Below are positions 59,666-64,000 of a stretch of DNA of 64,000 bases, in pieces; position 1 is the stretch's first letter, and the number at the start of each line of letters is the position of its first letter. Origin of the DNA: Chiloscyllium plagiosum (Eukaryota); assembly GCF_004010195.1 (NCBI RefSeq), contig NC_057753.1, forward strand, positions 6,940,273 to 7,004,272, written 5' to 3'. The notes beneath the pieces are model-generated. The model worked only from the letters and a program-made list of their open reading frames with translations, searched no databases and was not told where the DNA came from. Both the position numbers and the translations under genes were made by a program.

Positions 59666-60619
59666 TTGGAACATTATTGTTCAATAACCTTTCTTTAAGT
59701 TTGTCTAAAACAGACTGGTAGTCAGTGCGAATGCTCTCCCAATTTTCTGTTCTGAATCAAATGGGTTAATAATATTCCAGCGATTAAAATACTTTGACCC
59801 TCTGTTTTTTTTTTGTTTGGAAAAAAGAACAACCTTCAATTCCTGGTCTGCCATGAGATCCAACTGGGAAGTTTTGAAAACTTTGAGTAAGTCATGATTT
59901 ATTTCTGGTTGCAATAAAAAAACTATGTTTGGTTTCATTCAAAATTTCATGGGAACCGAGATGAGTTATAATGCCAGAAATGTTTCAACAAGTGGAAATA
60001 TGCAAAATGAAAAAGAAACTGTAATTAGAGAGAACGAGGGAACAATGACGAGAATATTTCCTGTTCAAACAAAGAAGGTTATTTTGTAATGACAAAAGTA
60101 AAGAGCTTTGTCTTGACTAGTAACGTCTGATTGCCTTCATCTTTTTCTTGTACTTTTGGATTTTAATTTCCTCTCTCCTTTGTTCTACTAACTGTTATTT
60201 CGTGAAATATTGTATTTGGCATGCTTTCTCGCAGGATTGTTTTACATGATGGAGCAGGCTGGGCGTCCATTTGCCTACTATTATCTCTGTGTGTTCGTTT
60301 CTTTTTCACTAGGCTTTTATCTGCCACTCACTACAACACTACAGTTTGCATTCCAATTTACCATCCGGGATTTCCAACAGTGCTATGGGGTATTAATACA
60401 AGTAGATGAACTAGTCATTCATTATCTCCACAATCATGCTGTTCTTCCAGTCAAGCAAAAAGTCAGACTTTGTCCTATTCGTTTTCTTTATTTATTAGGC
60501 AGGTGGCTTTCTACATTTCAAACGATTTGCAACCATTTTTGTTGTCACACTCTCCCTTCGGGATTTGTCAAAGCAGAGATTTCGATTTATGCAACCTGAC
60601 ACCTAAACTTGAACAACGC

Positions 60620-63600
60620 TTGTTAAATAGGGCAGGACTGGCGACTGAGGTGACAGTGGGAGAACACCTTGGAACCAGTGAGAATAGTTCTATCAATTAA
60701 AAGGTAGTTTTGGAGAGGGTTAAAACTGGTCCATAGGTTCAAGTCCAAAATTGAAGCATGACGATTTTTGATGGAATTAAACAGGAGCTTGCAGGGATTG
60801 ATTGTGACCGTTTCATTTTATGCAAAAGCGATAACCGGCAACTGGGAGACGTTTAAAAGTGAGATCGTTAGATCTCAAGGTCGGTATGTTGCTGCGAGGA
60901 TGAAGGGCAACATGGGCAGGAATAGGGAATCTTGGATGACAAGAAATACTGAAGCATTCATCAGAGAAACAAAGACGGCATGACTCAAGTACAGACAGCT
61001 GGGATCCGAATTCCTGGCGGTATTTAGAAGATACAGGAGATTACTGAAGAAAGGAATCAGGAGAGCGACAGGGGCACGAGATACCCTTTGCTGAGAATCT
61101 TAGGTTGAATTCAAAGATGTGTTTTAAGTATATTAAAAGTAAAACGAATAGCTAGAGAGAGGTTAATACTCTCAAGGACCAAAGTAGAACCACAAACGAT
61201 GGGCAATACCTGAATGAACATTTCTCCTTTCCGTTTACCATGGAGAAAGACATGAAGACATGTAAACTTGAGGAAGTTAGTCGTCATATCTTGGGGTGAG
61301 TCTATACCACAGTAGAGGAGGTGTTGAACATATTAGAATGTGGGAAGATGGATACATCTCCTGGTCTTAACCAGATAGCTCCAAGGACTCTGCAAGAGGC
61401 TAGAGAAAAAATGGCAAGGGCTTTGGCTGATATTTTAACATCTTCGTTCGTCAAGGGTGAGGTCCCAGAAGATAAGAGTGTAGTTAATAGTGTGTCCTTA
61501 TTCAAGAAGGGCTGCAAGGAAAATGCTGGGAACTATACACCAATAACCTTAACGTATGTGGTATTTACTGAACAAGATTCTGAGAGATACGATGCACATG
61601 CATTTGGAAAGGCGGGTTTCGATTAGGAGTGATCAATATGACTTTGTGAGTGGAAGATCATGCCTCACCAATTTATGAGATTTGTATGATGAAATGACGA
61701 GGAACGTTGTGGATTGAAGTGTGGTACATTTAGTTTAAATAGATTTCAGTGTGGTATTTGAGAAGGTCCACATGGTAGGCTGGTCTGGAAGGTTATTTCG
61801 CAAGCAATCTAAAGGTGGAGCTGAGAAATTGCATGCACAAGTGGCTTAATGGTTGGAAGCAGATGGAGCTCTATGAGTAGTGGGGTGACTCGCAGTTCGA
61901 CGCTGGACCACGAGAAGAAAGTGAAGACTGCAGGTATTGGATATCAAAGTCAAAAGGTGTGGTGCTGGGAAATTACAGCAAGTCAGGCAGTATCCGAGGG
62001 GCAGGAGAGCCAACGTTTTTGGCATAAACCGTTCATCAGGAATGTGCAGGTTCCAAGGCGGCTGAGTTATAAATAGGTGGCACTTGGGCGTGGCGGTAAG
62101 GTAACTTGGAATGCCATAGGTAGATGAAGGGGGAGGGCTGCTTGCTGATAGGTCGGAGCAGAGGGTGGAACGAATAGGTGGGGAAATACAGGTCGGACAG
62201 TTCAAGAGGGCAGTGACGATTTGGATGGTTGTATCTGGGATAGGGTGGGCTGGAAGGGAGATAAGGAAACTGATGAAATTGACATTGATGTCGTGTGTTT
62301 GGAGGTTTCCAAGGCAGAAGATGAGGCGTTCCTCCTCCAGGCGCCAGATGGCATGGCTTTTGTGATGGAGACCCAGCACTTGCATGCCCTTGGCGGTTTG
62401 GGATTGCAAGTTGAATTGATGGGCCACAAGGCCGTGAGGTTTTCAGGTGAGTGTGTCTCGGAGATGGGCCCTGCAAATTCCGCAAGTTGACTCCTGTCTC
62501 CTCAATGTAGAAGACACAACATCGGGAGCATCAGACATAGTAGATGAGGTATTTTGATGTGCAGGAAAATCGCTGCCAGACGTGCAATGATCTTTGTGTG
62601 TCTTGAATGGAGGTGACGGGCGAGATTTGGGTACAGGTCTTGCACCTCTTGAGGTGGCTAGGGAAGATGACAGGCGTAGAAGTTGGGTTGTTGAGCAGCA
62701 ATGTACCTAAGGCAGGGGTCGCAAAGAGAATGGAGTCTGTGGAATGCTAACAGGGGTGGAGACGGAAAAGATATGCCTGGCACTGGGGCCTGGTGGAAAT
62801 GGCGGATGATGATGTGCCATATCCTGAGATTGGTGGGGTGGAAGGTGAGGATCGAGAGGGTTCTAATCCTATTGCGGTTAGAGCGGTCTGGTTCAAGGAC
62901 GGAGACACAGGAAGTGGAGGAGATGCGTTGGAGGGAGTTGTTTACCACATGGAAGGGAAAATTTCTGTCCTTGAAGTAGGAGTCCATCTGGGATTTTCTC
63001 GAGTAGAGTACATCCTCCTCAGATCATATACAGCGCAGGCAGAGAATCTGGGAATCAGAGATCGCCTTTTCAGAATGAGTGGCTGATTTGGAGGAGTTGC
63101 AGTCCAGATGATTGTGGAAGTGAGTAGGTTTAAAATAGCTGGGTGAGTTGAGTCTGTCAACAGAAATGGAGATGGAGAGGAACCCATACCTGTGTGTTAT
63201 CTGTATCAATGACTTGAATGGGAATGTACCAGTCATGATTAGTAAGTTTGCAAACAACATTAACAGAGGGCAGTATTGTGTAGATTGAGGAGGTTTATCA
63301 GAAAATGCAGCAGAACGTTGATCAGCTGGGCATGTGGGCCCAGAAAAGTGAAATGATTTAAATATAGAAAAATGTTAGTAATTACATTTTAGAATGTCTC
63401 GTGAAGGTAGGAAGTTTATGGTATTTAGGACGTCTTAAGGAGCATACTGGAAGAGAAGGACCGTGGAGGTCAGCAGCATGGTATCTGAACGTGGAATCAC
63501 AGGCAGACAGTGCAGCGAAGAAAGTTTTGTCACCTTAGCCTTTATGAATCAAGACATTCAGTGTGGAAATTGGGTAGTTATATTGTTGATGCAAAACACT

Positions 63601-64000
63601 TAGCCGTTCTTGTGTTTTTGTATTTGGTATGGTAACGTGGCTATCGGAAGAATGCTATTACACTGGAAAGAGTGGGGAAGAACTGTACAAACAAATTGCT
63701 AGGACTGAACAGTCTTAATCATCTGGAGATTCAGAATAAAACAGGACTTTTATAATTGAAGCATAGGAGACTGAAGGGGGATCTTATAGAAGTGTATATG
63801 ATCATGAGAGGCATGGATAGAGTGATGCGCTCAGAATGTTTTCTCAGGTTTGGGGAATTTGAGAAGAGAGGGCATCAGTTTAATGTTAGATAGGAAAGAT
63901 CCAAAGGGAACCTGAGCAGCAACGTATTTGGAAAAAACATGATATGCATAGGGCATGTGCTGCCAATAGAAGTGTTGGTGCGGGGACATTAACAACATTT
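60620..64000 (+). mobile_element. Degenerate CR1 ORF2 split by a Penelope insertion
   Basis: VGEHLGTSE, SPGLNQIAPRTLQEARE, LFKKGCKENAGNY before 61910; resumes at about 63195 with INDL..SKFANN and RRLKGDLIEVY. Confidence 0.8.
61913..63190 (-). mobile_element. Penelope-like element 3' portion
   Basis: YFKPTHFHNHLD, SQILCLRCI, FKDRNFP, LTFHPT, LIYYV.C, AHQFN..RLEEERLIFCLG; terminus matches the MITE arm sequence. Confidence 0.85.

Noticed and set aside
60210-60599. 129-aa hydrophobic ORF, possible fourth receptor
   Set aside because: None of the GPCR family motifs (CGLS, DRF, NSL, SKFR) in the frames read; hydrophobicity is explained by T-rich sequence.

Overview
AT-rich, repeat-dense cartilaginous-fish (elasmobranch/shark) genomic DNA, judged from an HE1-type V-SINE, CR1 LINEs with an esterase ORF1, and Penelope elements; there is one assembly gap at 55800-55935. 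The host content is a small cluster of three two-exon, GPR139-like class A GPCR genes. Their 22-23-codon first exons are absent from the ORF track but readable in the sequence: gene A (+, 9470-12048, disrupted by a 155-bp tandem duplication), gene B (-, 29243-27883, intact, 326 aa) and gene C (+, 49928-52003, 2-bp frameshift). This birth-and-death pattern suggests a lineage-expanded receptor family. The genes sit among nested CR1, Penelope (with hammerhead-ribozyme-like motifs) and Gmr1-like Gypsy elements (SCAN-like gag, integrase before RT, tRNA-Pro PBS). One such LTR element just downstream of gene C has its pol replaced by about 1.1 kb of intronless COPB1 (coatomer beta) sequence, fused in frame to the protease and rejoining the LTR near its predicted transcription start, which looks like LTR-mediated capture of a host mRNA. 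All assignments are by eye and from recalled family motifs; no searches were run.
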